DNA of 32,000 nt from Cylindrospermopsis raciborskii Cr2010 (lineage in GTDB: Bacteria; Cyanobacteriota; Cyanobacteriia; Cyanobacteriales; Nostocaceae). Below are positions 16,303 to 24,766 of the stretch, one piece after another. Each line of letters begins with the position of its first letter. Position 1 is the first letter of the stretch. The stretch spans positions 930,001 through 962,000 of the forward strand of contig NZ_CP065936.1 of NCBI RefSeq assembly GCF_003367075.2, given 5' to 3'. Position numbers and translations under genes: made by a program. Under the pieces are notes generated by a model that searched no databases, was not told where the DNA came from, and was given only the letters and a program-made list of their open reading frames with translations.

Positions 16303-16858
16303 GGCAAATATGGGAAAAATTATCCTAGTTACTGGTCCAGCACGTTCAGGAAAAAGCGAATGGGCAGAAAATTTAGCCATCGAGTCAGGGAAAAAGGTAG
16401 TTTATATAGCCACTGCTAATGAGAATCCCCATGATCTGGAATGGCAACAACGCATTGAAAAACATCAGCAACGTCGTCCAAAAACTTGGGTAACTATGTG
16501 TGTTTCCAGGGAACTGACAGGGAGTTTGAAGAATCAAACAGCTGACACCTGTATTTTAATTGATTCTCTGGGTACCTGGGTGGCCAATTGTTTAGAGCAG
16601 GATGATCTCAGTTGGGAAAAAACTCTGGAGGAATTTTTGGCAGACCTACCTTTGGTAGATGGGGATTTGCTATTTGTAGCAGAAGAAACCGGTTGGGGTG
16701 TGGTCCCAGCTTACCCCACAGGGCGTAAATTTCGGGATCGGTTGGGTGGGTTGGTACGTCAGTTGGGGAGAATTTCTCACACGGTCTACCTGGTGACTGG
16801 AGGTTATGTTTTGAATTTGAGTATTTTGGGTGTTGCTCTACCACAGGTGAAATCTTAA
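16301..16858 (+). CDS. cobU: Bifunctional adenosylcobinamide kinase / adenosylcobinamide-phosphate guanylyltransferase (CobU/CobP)
   Basis: 185 aa with the P-loop ILVTGPARSGKSEWAE and CobU-family size and layout. The start may be ATG 16310 (MGKIILVTG) if the promoter candidate at 16274-16302 is real. Confidence 0.9.
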   Translation: MANMGKIILVTGPARSGKSEWAENLAIESGKKVVYIATANENPHDLEWQQRIEKHQQRRPKTWVTMCVSRELTGSLKNQTADTCILIDSLGTWVANCLEQDDLSWEKTLEEFLADLPLVDGDLLFVAEETGWGVVPAYPTGRKFRDRLGGLVRQLGRISHTVYLVTGGYVLNLSILGVALPQVKS

Positions 16859-16914
16859 GAAGGAATTCAACATTGACAAGTTCAATTACGGAATTAGTGA
16901 TTAAAATAGGGATT

Positions 16915-17328
16915 ATGGCAAACAAACAAGAAGTCAAAAAATACCTGGCCCACTGGTTTCAATTAGGTAAAAAGGTTATAGTTGGTCAAAACCATCACAG
17001 CTTCTTACCAAGTACCGTTTTAAAAGGCGATCGCTATAGTCAAGAGTTTGAAAACTGTTGGCAAGAAATTCTATCCTTAGAAACCCGCGATTGTTATTTA
17101 GAGGGAACCCAAGAAACCATAGCCCAATTGTTAACACCTAGCTGGGAAATCTTACCCTGTGGACGCTGTGCAATGCCAGTCCCCATTAAGACCATAGGAC
17201 TGCCATCAAACTCCTGTCCCTGTTACTACATGCTCACCTGGCCTAATAGTGATTTACCAGCACCTAGATGTCCAGTTAACTCCCAAGAACATTTAACATC
17301 TATCCGCGATCGCCTGTTGTATAGCTGA
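16915..17328 (+). CDS. Hypothetical Cys-rich protein
   Basis: The ORF opens at TTG 16873, and ATG 16915 (MANKQEVKKYLAHWF) is the more plausible start. It has seven Cys, including CGRC, CPC and RCP clusters in the C-terminal half. I recognise no family. Confidence 0.55.
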   Translation: MANKQEVKKYLAHWFQLGKKVIVGQNHHSFLPSTVLKGDRYSQEFENCWQEILSLETRDCYLEGTQETIAQLLTPSWEILPCGRCAMPVPIKTIGLPSNSCPCYYMLTWPNSDLPAPRCPVNSQEHLTSIRDRLLYS

Positions 17329-17357
17329 ATGATAAATTGTTTTTTAATGGTTTTTTT

Positions 17358-17377
17358 TCAATAGTCATCAATAGTTA
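17358..17377. repeat. Tandem 10-bp duplication TCAATAGTCA / TCAATAGTTA
   Basis: 17358-17367 and 17368-17377 match 9/10. The pair ends 17 nt upstream of the GTG start at 17395. Confidence 0.85.
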
Positions 17378-17394
17378 AAGTAGAGTGAAAACCG

Positions 17395-18150
17395 GTGACA
17401 CAGTCAGAAACTACCACTGCCAAAAGTTTTCCTCAGCTGCTAGCTGGGCTCGGCCTAATTTCTTTATCTTTGGTCATCAGCACTTGGATTGGTTCTAGAG
17501 CAATTCTAGATTTTAAAAAAGCTAACGATGTGTTAATTGTGACTGGTTCAGCCAAGCGCCCAATTCGCTCTGATTATATTGTTTTAAGATTAGCCCTAGT
17601 TAGTCAAAAACCAACCATAGAGGAAGCATTTAAAGATCTCAAAAATCAAACTGTAAGAGTCCAAGCATATCTCAAAGAAAACGGTGTTCCCGATGCAGCA
17701 ATTACCAGCAGTCCTGTGGAAACGATGATAATTCCGGAAATTGCTGAAAATGGTAGAGAAACAGGTCGGATCCTAGCCCATAAGTTAACTCAAAACCTAC
17801 AAATCCGCTCTCAGGATGTGGACAAATACAGTCAATTATCTCAAAAGTCTACAGAGTTAATTAACGAGGGAATTAATCTCACCGTACAACCACCAGAATA
17901 CCTCTATACACAATTAAGTAAATTACGAGTAGAAATGGTAGCCGAAGCTACCAAAGATGCCCAGGCTAGGGCCAAAGCCATTGCTGACAGTGCTGGTGGT
18001 CAGGTAGGTTCCGTGAGGAGTGCGCAGACAGGAGTATTTCAAATTACTGCCCGTAACTCTACGGATGTGAGTGATTCGGGAATTTATGATACATCCTCCA
18101 TTGACAAAGACATCACAGCTGTGGTGTCTATTACCTTCAGCATGAAATAG
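17395..18150 (+). CDS. SIMPL (DUF541) domain protein with N-terminal membrane anchor
   Basis: 251 aa with a GTG start and the N-terminal TM helix LLAGLGLISLSLVISTWIG. The C-terminal segment AKDAQARAKAIADSAGGQVGSV...VFQI...ITAVVSITF is typical of SIMPL-domain proteins. Confidence 0.7.
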   Translation: MTQSETTTAKSFPQLLAGLGLISLSLVISTWIGSRAILDFKKANDVLIVTGSAKRPIRSDYIVLRLALVSQKPTIEEAFKDLKNQTVRVQAYLKENGVPDAAITSSPVETMIIPEIAENGRETGRILAHKLTQNLQIRSQDVDKYSQLSQKSTELINEGINLTVQPPEYLYTQLSKLRVEMVAEATKDAQARAKAIADSAGGQVGSVRSAQTGVFQITARNSTDVSDSGIYDTSSIDKDITAVVSITFSMK

Positions 18151-18172
18151 GAGAAGATGAGAATATAAGGAG

Positions 18173-20062
18173 TTACTCTACCGTCACAGATTTAGCCAAA
18201 TTCCTAGGTTGGTCTACATCTAAACCCCTACGCGCTGCAATGTGATAGGCTAACAATTGCAGGGGAATGACCGTCAAGATAGGTGATAAAATCTCCTCCA
18301 CATTAGCAACAGGTATTAAATCATTAAATATTTCTGCTGCTTCTCCATCATTGACAGAGGTTATCCCTATGAGTCGGGAATCCCTTGCTTTTGCTTCTTG
18401 CGCATTGGAAATCACCTTTTCATATACACTACCACCCATGGCGATCGCCACTACGGGAACTTTAGCATCCAACAGAGCAATTGGTCCATGTTTCATTTCT
18501 CCTGCGGGATATCCTTCAGCATGGATATAGCTAATCTCTTTTAACTTTAAAGCTCCTTCCAAAGCAATAGGAAAATTAATACCTCGTCCCAGGAAAATAA
18601 AATCCCGGGTTTCCGAAAAATCATGCACCAGTTGTTCAATATATTTTTCCTGGGTTTCTAAAATGGTTTCAATTTCTATAGGTAATTGACGTAAACCGGT
18701 AATAATATCCTGTATCCTTTGTAAACCAATAGTCTGACGACGATAAGCCAAATCCAAGGCCAAACCATAAAAAGCCATTAACTGGGCAATAAACGTCTTA
18801 GTCGCTGCTACACCAATTTCAATCCCTCCATGGGTATTAATCAAACTACCCACCATTTGTCCCAAGCTGCTTTCTGGACGGTTGGTAATCCCCAATAGTC
18901 GAGCTTCATATCCCCCTGATTTACCCAGTCTCCGTTCCCTTTCCATCGCCAAAGCTGCTAGGGTATCAGCAGTTTCTCCCGATTGGGTAACACCAATGGT
19001 TAGGGTATTAGCCATTAATGGTGATGGTGCATACCGAAATTCTGAAGCATATTGCACTTGAGTAGGAATTTCTGCCAACTGCTCTAATAGGTATTTGCCA
19101 ACCAATGCTGCGTGCCAACTTGTTCCACAAGCGACTATTTGAATTTGTGCCAGATCCGTGTACAATTCTTCTGGTAGTCCTAAGTTTACCGGTGTGTGGG
19201 AGTGATTAGGAAAATAGGTCTCTAAGCAAGTTCTGACTACCCCTGGTTGCTCATATATTTCTTTGAGCATAAAATGCTTGAAACCCTGTTTCTCCACCAT
19301 GATTGGATTCCAATCCAGGGTACGAGGGTGTTTCTTTAATCTATTTCCGGCAAAATTATAAACCTCAACCCCTAAAGGAGTTAACCGAGCAATTTCTCCA
19401 TTCTCTAGAGTCAATACCGCACGGGTATAGGGAACTATTGCTGGGGTGTCGGAAGCACAGAAAAACTCCCCTTGTCCAAAACCTATAACTAAAGGCGCCT
19501 GTTGACGAATCACTATCAACTCATCGGGAAAATCCGCACAAATAGCAGCGATCGCAAAAGCTCCCTCTAATTTACCCACTGCTGCTAACACTGCATCTAA
19601 AAATGCTGAACTGGAGTTATGATTAGAGTTATTAGGAGATAAAACATGCTTTAAACATTCCGCAAACAGATGGGGAATTACCTCCGTATCCGTGTCCGAA
19701 CGAAATTCATGACCTAAAGTCTTTAAATATTCTCGCAGTTCGCGGTAGTTTTCTATAATACCATTTTGCACCACGGCAATGCGTAGAGCAGTATCTTGAT
19801 GGGGGTGGGCATTATATTCTTCAGGTTTACCATGGGTTGCCCAGCGGGTATGACCTATACCTAGTTGAGCTGGGTTTTCTATTTGTTCTAGCTTGGAGCG
19901 TAAATTTACTAGTTTACCCTTGGCTCGCACGCAATTAATACTACCTTCCCCAACTGTGGCAATTCCAGCTGAATCATAGCCTCTATACTCTAGTTTTTCC
20001 AGTCCAGATAGTAGGATTTCCGTTGCTGTTTGAGTGCCTATATAACCAACGATTCCACACAT
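18173..20062 (-). CDS. glmS: Glutamine--fructose-6-phosphate aminotransferase (isomerising)
   Basis: 629 aa with N-terminal MCGIVGY (catalytic Cys2), two SIS domains and the C-terminal end LAKSVTVE. Confidence 0.97.
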   Translation of the reverse strand: MCGIVGYIGTQTATEILLSGLEKLEYRGYDSAGIATVGEGSINCVRAKGKLVNLRSKLEQIENPAQLGIGHTRWATHGKPEEYNAHPHQDTALRIAVVQNGIIENYRELREYLKTLGHEFRSDTDTEVIPHLFAECLKHVLSPNNSNHNSSSAFLDAVLAAVGKLEGAFAIAAICADFPDELIVIRQQAPLVIGFGQGEFFCASDTPAIVPYTRAVLTLENGEIARLTPLGVEVYNFAGNRLKKHPRTLDWNPIMVEKQGFKHFMLKEIYEQPGVVRTCLETYFPNHSHTPVNLGLPEELYTDLAQIQIVACGTSWHAALVGKYLLEQLAEIPTQVQYASEFRYAPSPLMANTLTIGVTQSGETADTLAALAMERERRLGKSGGYEARLLGITNRPESSLGQMVGSLINTHGGIEIGVAATKTFIAQLMAFYGLALDLAYRRQTIGLQRIQDIITGLRQLPIEIETILETQEKYIEQLVHDFSETRDFIFLGRGINFPIALEGALKLKEISYIHAEGYPAGEMKHGPIALLDAKVPVVAIAMGGSVYEKVISNAQEAKARDSRLIGITSVNDGEAAEIFNDLIPVANVEEILSPILTVIPLQLLAYHIAARRGLDVDQPRNLAKSVTVE

Positions 20063-20077
20063 TTTTTATACTACTCC

Positions 20078-20095
20078 AGTTATATTAGTTATATT
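20078..20095. repeat. Perfect tandem 9-bp duplication AGTTATATT x2
   Basis: 20078-20086 and 20087-20095 are identical. They lie 16-33 nt upstream of the glmS ATG (20062, minus strand), just upstream of its GGAG. Confidence 0.9.
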
Positions 20096-20152
20096 AATGC
20101 AATTGCGGTAATTATGAAAAACTTAATAACAAACCATAATACACTAATCTAT

Positions 20153-20986
20153 CTAACTTTGACACTGAGGACAAAAGTGACTAGAACGCCCACTCAGTTT
20201 AGTCCTTTGGATCATGCTACCACAAACCTTGCAGGGATCTCCCGCTCGGTTGTATACCCAAGCTTCACCACCATAATTGCCATTTACACCTTTGACATTC
20301 AAAAAGTTACTAAAAGTGGTGCCACCAGCAGCTATACTAGCTGATAGAACCTCAATTATGGCCATTCTTAAACTCCTTATCTGGTTTTCATCTATGTTTG
20401 TGCAGATAGTAGTTGGTAAAATACCACTTTTAAATAAGGCTTCATCAGCATAAATATTTCCTAAACCTGCTACTATAGACTGATCCAATAGGGCGGTTTT
20501 AATGGGACGACGAACCTTTGCCAGTTTAGTAGCCAAATATTCAGGTGTGAACTCTACAGCAAAGGGGTCAATTGCCAGTTTGCCTAAACCTGTTATGATT
20601 TTCTCCCTCACTACCCCACTTGGAATATACCACATTTTACCAAAAGTACGTTGGTCTACAAACCGTAGTTCTTGCTCCTTACCAAAAAACAATCTTACCC
20701 TGGTGTGTTTATGTAATGGTTCCTCTCGATTTAACCATAACAATTGTCCAGTCATGCGCAAATGTACACCCAACCAAGCAGAAGAAGAAAGCTCGGCCAG
20801 TAGATATTTCCCGCAACGGATCCAGGATTCAATGGTGCTACCTTTAAGATCTCCAATAAACTGGTCAGCAGCAAAGGGATAAGCGACAGTCCTTGCAAGC
20901 AAAACTTCTCCACTAGTAATCGGTTGATGGAGAGTTAATTGATTTAAACCCCTGCGGACTGTTTCAACTTCCGGCAATTCAGGCAT
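20153..20986 (-). CDS. mutM: Formamidopyrimidine-DNA glycosylase (Fpg/MutM)
   Basis: 277 aa with N-terminal MPELPEVETVRRGL, an H2TH region and the C-terminal zinc finger CKVCGSMIQRTKLSGRSSHFCPQCQ. Confidence 0.95.
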   Translation of the reverse strand: MPELPEVETVRRGLNQLTLHQPITSGEVLLARTVAYPFAADQFIGDLKGSTIESWIRCGKYLLAELSSSAWLGVHLRMTGQLLWLNREEPLHKHTRVRLFFGKEQELRFVDQRTFGKMWYIPSGVVREKIITGLGKLAIDPFAVEFTPEYLATKLAKVRRPIKTALLDQSIVAGLGNIYADEALFKSGILPTTICTNIDENQIRSLRMAIIEVLSASIAAGGTTFSNFLNVKGVNGNYGGEAWVYNRAGDPCKVCGSMIQRTKLSGRSSHFCPQCQS

Positions 20987-21197
20987 AAGTGGGTGGGTGC
21001 TTTTTGTAAGCTCAAATAATTCAGTTCCTTGAGATTAACAAATTTGACCTTCCCCCAAACAAGTAAGTTTAGCACTGCTTAATTACTTATTTAGAGGATT
21101 ACCAAGAGAATAATCAATAAATTCCTGGAGGCGTGGTCAATACACCTGGAGCTGAATAAAGTTTGATGAGTAGTGCTTATACCTACAGCCAGTGGTC

Positions 21198-21398
21198 TTA
21201 TTTACTGGGTGGTTGTACTTCCAATAACTCACTCAGAGCGAAATTATTGGTATTCACACCACTGTAATTGACATTAGGAAAACGCACAATCACAGGATAT
21301 TTAATGCCACTTTTATCTACGGAAGCAACAGTACCTACTTCTTGAAACCAGTAGGACTCGGGACGAAGGACACGAACTTTAGAACCGCGTTGAACCAT
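21198..21398 (-). CDS. psaE: Photosystem I reaction centre subunit IV (PsaE)
   Basis: 66 aa; the sequence [40 protein letters not shown] is canonical PsaE. Confidence 0.97.
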   Translation of the reverse strand: MVQRGSKVRVLRPESYWFQEVGTVASVDKSGIKYPVIVRFPNVNYSGVNTNNFALSELLEVQPPSK

Positions 21399-21450
21399 GA
21401 TATGTTCCCTTTAAATGATCACTTGAAAGCAAATAGGGTTATTTCCTTTC

Positions 21451-21478
21451 AGTTTAGAACTTTTTGTTCTATGGTCAA
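21451..21478 (-). promoter_or_regulatory. Promoter candidate for psaE: TTGACC-N16-TAAACT (minus strand)
   Basis: On the minus strand, TTGACC corresponds to 21478-21473 and TAAACT to 21456-21451, with a 16-nt spacer. It lies about 50 nt upstream of the psaE ATG and just downstream of the leuD stop. Confidence 0.35.
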
Positions 21479-21504
21479 GAATCTGAATGAAATCTTAATA
21501 GCAC

Positions 21505-22119
21505 TCAGTTAGCAAATCCCCAGGCAATATAGGGTAACTGACTTGCCACCGCTGTTACCTGGACCGCATTAGCTACTAACTGTCCACAAGCATCCCAGGT
21601 TCCCGACACAAAGGCAGTTTTTGTTCCCTGACCCATGAATACGGGTAGGGTTAAATCGTGAATTTGTACTTGCAAATTTTCCACATCTATGGTAAGCAAT
21701 GCCTGAGGATCAGCAGTAACTAGTTCTTGTAGTTGTCTAACTATGGCAGATTCAGCAGTGACGCAGGGTATACCCATAGCTACACAGTTACCAAAAAAGA
21801 TTTCAGCAAAGCTTTCACCAATAATCCCCCTAATACCCCATTTAGCCAATGCTTGGGGGGCGTGTTCCCTGGATGAACCACAGCCAAAATTACGGTTGAC
21901 TATTAATACTTTCGCCCCTTGATATTGGGGAAGATCAAAGGGATGTTGACCATTTAAGGCTTTTCGATCATCTATGAATGCTCCCTCCCCTAAACCGTCA
22001 AAGGTGATGGCTTTTAGGTAGCGGGCAGGTATAATCCTATCTGTGTCAATATCGTCTCCCACTAAAGGTAGGGCGCGATCGCTGATTTTGTTAATTTGAT
22101 TTAGCATGTTTATGATCAT
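21505..22119 (-). CDS. leuD: 3-isopropylmalate dehydratase small subunit
   Basis: 204 aa with the LeuD motifs [11 protein letters not shown] and [12 protein letters not shown]. It lies 13 nt downstream of leuC. Confidence 0.95.
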   Translation of the reverse strand: MIINMLNQINKISDRALPLVGDDIDTDRIIPARYLKAITFDGLGEGAFIDDRKALNGQHPFDLPQYQGAKVLIVNRNFGCGSSREHAPQALAKWGIRGIIGESFAEIFFGNCVAMGIPCVTAESAIVRQLQELVTADPQALLTIDVENLQVQIHDLTLPVFMGQGTKTAFVSGTWDACGQLVANAVQVTAVASQLPYIAWGFAN

Positions 22120-22132
22120 TAATTAACTTTAA

Positions 22133-23545
22133 TTACATTTCTGTTAAAAGTTCGCGCACATCAGCAACTTCACCCTTAATAGCAGCCGTTGCTACCATAG
22201 CAGGACTCATGAGCAGGGTGCGACCAGAAGCGGAACCCTGTCTACCCTTAAAGTTACGATTAGAGGAGGAGGCGCTAATTTGTCTTCCTTGTAATTTGTC
22301 AGGGTTCATAGCCAAACACATGGAACATCCTGGTTCGCGCCATTCAAAACCTGCTTGAATAAAGATTTGATCTAGACCCTCAGCTTCAGCTTGTTTTTTC
22401 ACCCTTTCCGATCCAGGAACCACGAAGGCTTTCATACCCGGTGCAACTTGACGACCTTGGGCAATTTTAGCTGCTTCCCTCAAATCGCTGATGCGTCCAT
22501 TAGTGCAACTACCAATAAAACAAACGTCTATTTTTGTTCCTTGAATGGGTTGACCAGGGTAAAGATCCATATAACGGTAGGCTTCCTCCGCTACAAACCT
22601 ATCTTCTTCTGGTAGGTCTTGGGCGGCGGGTACTTTTTCATCTACCCCAATTCCCTGACCAGGTGTAATTCCCCAGGTGACTGTGGGTGGAATATCTTCC
22701 GCATTAAATACTACCACATCATCATATTCCGCATCCACATCACTCCGTAGAGATTGCCACCACTCCAGGGCTTCTTCCCAGGTTGCTCCTTGGGGAGCAA
22801 AGTCTCTATTTTTTAAATACTCATAAGTAATTTCATCGGGATTTACATATCCACACCTGGCACCGCCCTCAATAGCCATATTACAAACGGTCATTCTTTC
22901 TTCCATGTTCATTTGGGCAAAGGTGGTTCCCGCATATTCGTAGGCGTAGCCCACACCACCTTTTACTCCCAGGGTGCGAATAATATGTAATATCACATCC
23001 TTGGCATAAACTCCTGGGAGAAGATTCCCATTCACCTCGATTTTCCGCACCTTGAGTTTTGATAACGCTAAAGTTTGAGAAGCCAAAACATCACGCACCT
23101 GACTTGTGCCAATTCCAAAAGCGATCCCTCCAAAGGCACCATGACTAGATGTATGACTATCTCCACAGGCAATAGTCATACCTGGTTGTGTCAATCCTAA
23201 TTCTGGTGCAATCACATGGACTATACCCTGATTTCCCGAACCGATATTATAAAAAGTGATGTCATTTTCTTGACAATTTTTTTCCAAGGCCCGGATCATT
23301 TCTTCTGCCATATTGTCCACAAAAGGACGTACTTGGTTATCCGTAGGGACAATATGATCTACCGTAGCCACAGTTCGGTGTGGGAACAATACCTTGAGAC
23401 CCCTTTCCTTGAGCATAGCAAAGGCTTGGGGACTGGTAACCTCATGGATAAGATGGAGTCCGATAAACAGTTGGGTGAGTCCTGATGGAAGTGTGCCCAC
23501 GGTGTGAATTTCCCAAACTTTGTCAAATAGAGTTCCCTTGCTCAT
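22133..23545 (-). CDS. leuC: 3-isopropylmalate dehydratase large subunit
   Basis: 470 aa of the aconitase family, with [13 protein letters not shown] and Fe-S ligand motifs GSCTNGR and GCSMCL. Confidence 0.97.
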   Translation of the reverse strand: MSKGTLFDKVWEIHTVGTLPSGLTQLFIGLHLIHEVTSPQAFAMLKERGLKVLFPHRTVATVDHIVPTDNQVRPFVDNMAEEMIRALEKNCQENDITFYNIGSGNQGIVHVIAPELGLTQPGMTIACGDSHTSSHGAFGGIAFGIGTSQVRDVLASQTLALSKLKVRKIEVNGNLLPGVYAKDVILHIIRTLGVKGGVGYAYEYAGTTFAQMNMEERMTVCNMAIEGGARCGYVNPDEITYEYLKNRDFAPQGATWEEALEWWQSLRSDVDAEYDDVVVFNAEDIPPTVTWGITPGQGIGVDEKVPAAQDLPEEDRFVAEEAYRYMDLYPGQPIQGTKIDVCFIGSCTNGRISDLREAAKIAQGRQVAPGMKAFVVPGSERVKKQAEAEGLDQIFIQAGFEWREPGCSMCLAMNPDKLQGRQISASSSNRNFKGRQGSASGRTLLMSPAMVATAAIKGEVADVRELLTEM

Positions 23546-23591
23546 ACACTCAATGCTATATTTACTACTTAAAAGGAGTCTAACCGACTAT

Positions 23592-23609
23592 CATATCAGA
23601 TATATCAGA
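23592..23609. repeat. Tandem 9-bp duplication CATATCAGA / TATATCAGA
   Basis: 23592-23600 and 23601-23609 match 8/9. They lie in the 75-nt murQ-leuC spacer, upstream of the leuC start at 23545 on the minus strand. Confidence 0.85.
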
Positions 23610-23620
23610 AAACTGGAATT

Positions 23621-24529
23621 TTAAAAACTGTTCACAGCAGCACGTAAATTACCTTTATGTGCTGCTAGTAGCTGTTGAGCCTCCTCCCTATCCAAATCTT
23701 TCCAGTGCATCAGCAAAGCCAGTTTTACCCACTTACCACTTCTTTCTAGTAAAGTCTCAGCTGCTTCCCTATTTAGGTCAGTCAAATCTCCTAATATCCT
23801 TAAAGCGCGGTCATGTAGTTTTTGATTAGTAACAGCGACATCTACCATGCGATTACCATAGACCTTGCCCAATTTGACCATCACACCGGTAGAAAGTATA
23901 TTCAAAGCCAACTTGGTAGCCGTACCAGCTTTTAAGCGGGTTGAACCAGCCAAAATTTCTGGTCCAGTTAATAGGCGAATATCCACATCTGCTTCAACCG
24001 GAACCTGTTGTACAGGAACACAGGCAATAAAAATTGTTAAAGCACCCCGTTGACGTGCGCCATGTAATGCACCATGAACATAGGGGGTAGTTCCTCCAGC
24101 AGTGATACCTACCACCACATCGAGGCAATTTACCTCATGTTGAATGATAGCATTTTCCCCATCCTCTGCCAAATCTTCCAAACCTTCGGAACTGCGTAAC
24201 AAAGCACCCGCACCACCAGCAATAATCCCCTGTACCAAATCCGGAGATGTACAGAAAGTGGGTGGACACTCGGCCGCATCTAATACCCCTAATCTCCCAC
24301 TTGTACCCGCACCAATATAAAACAAACGTCCCCCTTGATGTAGCCTTGGGGCTATTTGTTCAATAGCTGCTGCCAACTCCATCTTAGCACCAGCTATAGC
24401 AGATAAAGCTTTTTGATCTTCGCTGTTGAATAACTCTACCAGTTCCAGAGCATTAAGTTGGTCTAGGTTTAAACTATGAGGATTTATCTGTTCTGTTAAA
24501 AGATGTCCGCGCTCTTGTAAGTTAGTCAT
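23621..24529 (-). CDS. murQ: N-acetylmuramic acid 6-phosphate etherase
   Basis: 302-aa SIS-domain protein with N-terminal HLLTEQINP.S.NLD and motifs GAGTSGRLGVLDA and GSTRLKAGTATK. Confidence 0.93.
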   Translation of the reverse strand: MTNLQERGHLLTEQINPHSLNLDQLNALELVELFNSEDQKALSAIAGAKMELAAAIEQIAPRLHQGGRLFYIGAGTSGRLGVLDAAECPPTFCTSPDLVQGIIAGGAGALLRSSEGLEDLAEDGENAIIQHEVNCLDVVVGITAGGTTPYVHGALHGARQRGALTIFIACVPVQQVPVEADVDIRLLTGPEILAGSTRLKAGTATKLALNILSTGVMVKLGKVYGNRMVDVAVTNQKLHDRALRILGDLTDLNREAAETLLERSGKWVKLALLMHWKDLDREEAQQLLAAHKGNLRAAVNSF

Positions 24530-24622
24530 TTATTACCCAATCACGTACTATTATATATTTCCTATATATATCTCGGAATTGGTAATTTTCAAAACCTCCT
24601 AGAAACAGAAAAATTGGCGAAT

Positions 24623-24638
24623 TGTGATTGAACATACA
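24623..24638 (+). promoter_or_regulatory. Candidate NtcA-binding site TGTG-N8-TACA upstream of amt
   Basis: tgtgattgaacataca is one mismatch from the NtcA consensus core GTA-N8-TAC (GTG-N8-TAC at 24624-24637). It lies 129 nt upstream of the amt ATG. The nearest -10-like hexamers (GATAAT 24663-24668, TAATTT 24665-24670) are 25-27 nt downstream, slightly longer than the canonical ~22. Confidence 0.45.
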
Positions 24639-24723
24639 GAACTGAACTATAGATAACAGTTTGATAATTTACAGTGGATTAAGAAAATGCTAGGGATTCC
24701 TCTGGTTAAAGCTTTATCCTTCA

Positions 24724-24745
24724 AAAAACATTAGAAAAACATTAG
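24724..24745. repeat. Perfect tandem 11-bp duplication AAAAACATTAG x2
   Basis: 24724-24734 and 24735-24745 are identical. The pair ends 21 nt upstream of the amt ATG at 24767. Confidence 0.9.
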
Positions 24746-24766
24746 CTAAATTACTCACTTACACTG

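Noticed and set aside
16174-16419. 81-aa + ORF spanning the IS right end and the cobU 5' region
   Set aside because: It is out of frame with cobU, crosses the IS boundary, and has no SD or homology features.
20030-20344. 104-aa + ORF overlapping the glmS start and the mutM 3' end
   Set aside because: It is antisense to two well-supported genes and has a TTG-type start context, so it is a shadow ORF.
20502-20882. 126-aa and 75-aa + ORFs inside mutM; similar antisense ORFs inside glmS, leuC, murQ, amt and the SSADH gene
   Set aside because: All are antisense to or out of frame with strongly supported conserved genes, and none has recognisable motifs.
21124-21151. Direct repeat CCTGGAG (21124 and 21145) downstream of psaE, examined as a possible terminator
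   Set aside because: The repeats are direct, not inverted, and no stable hairpin with a U-tract could be drawn.
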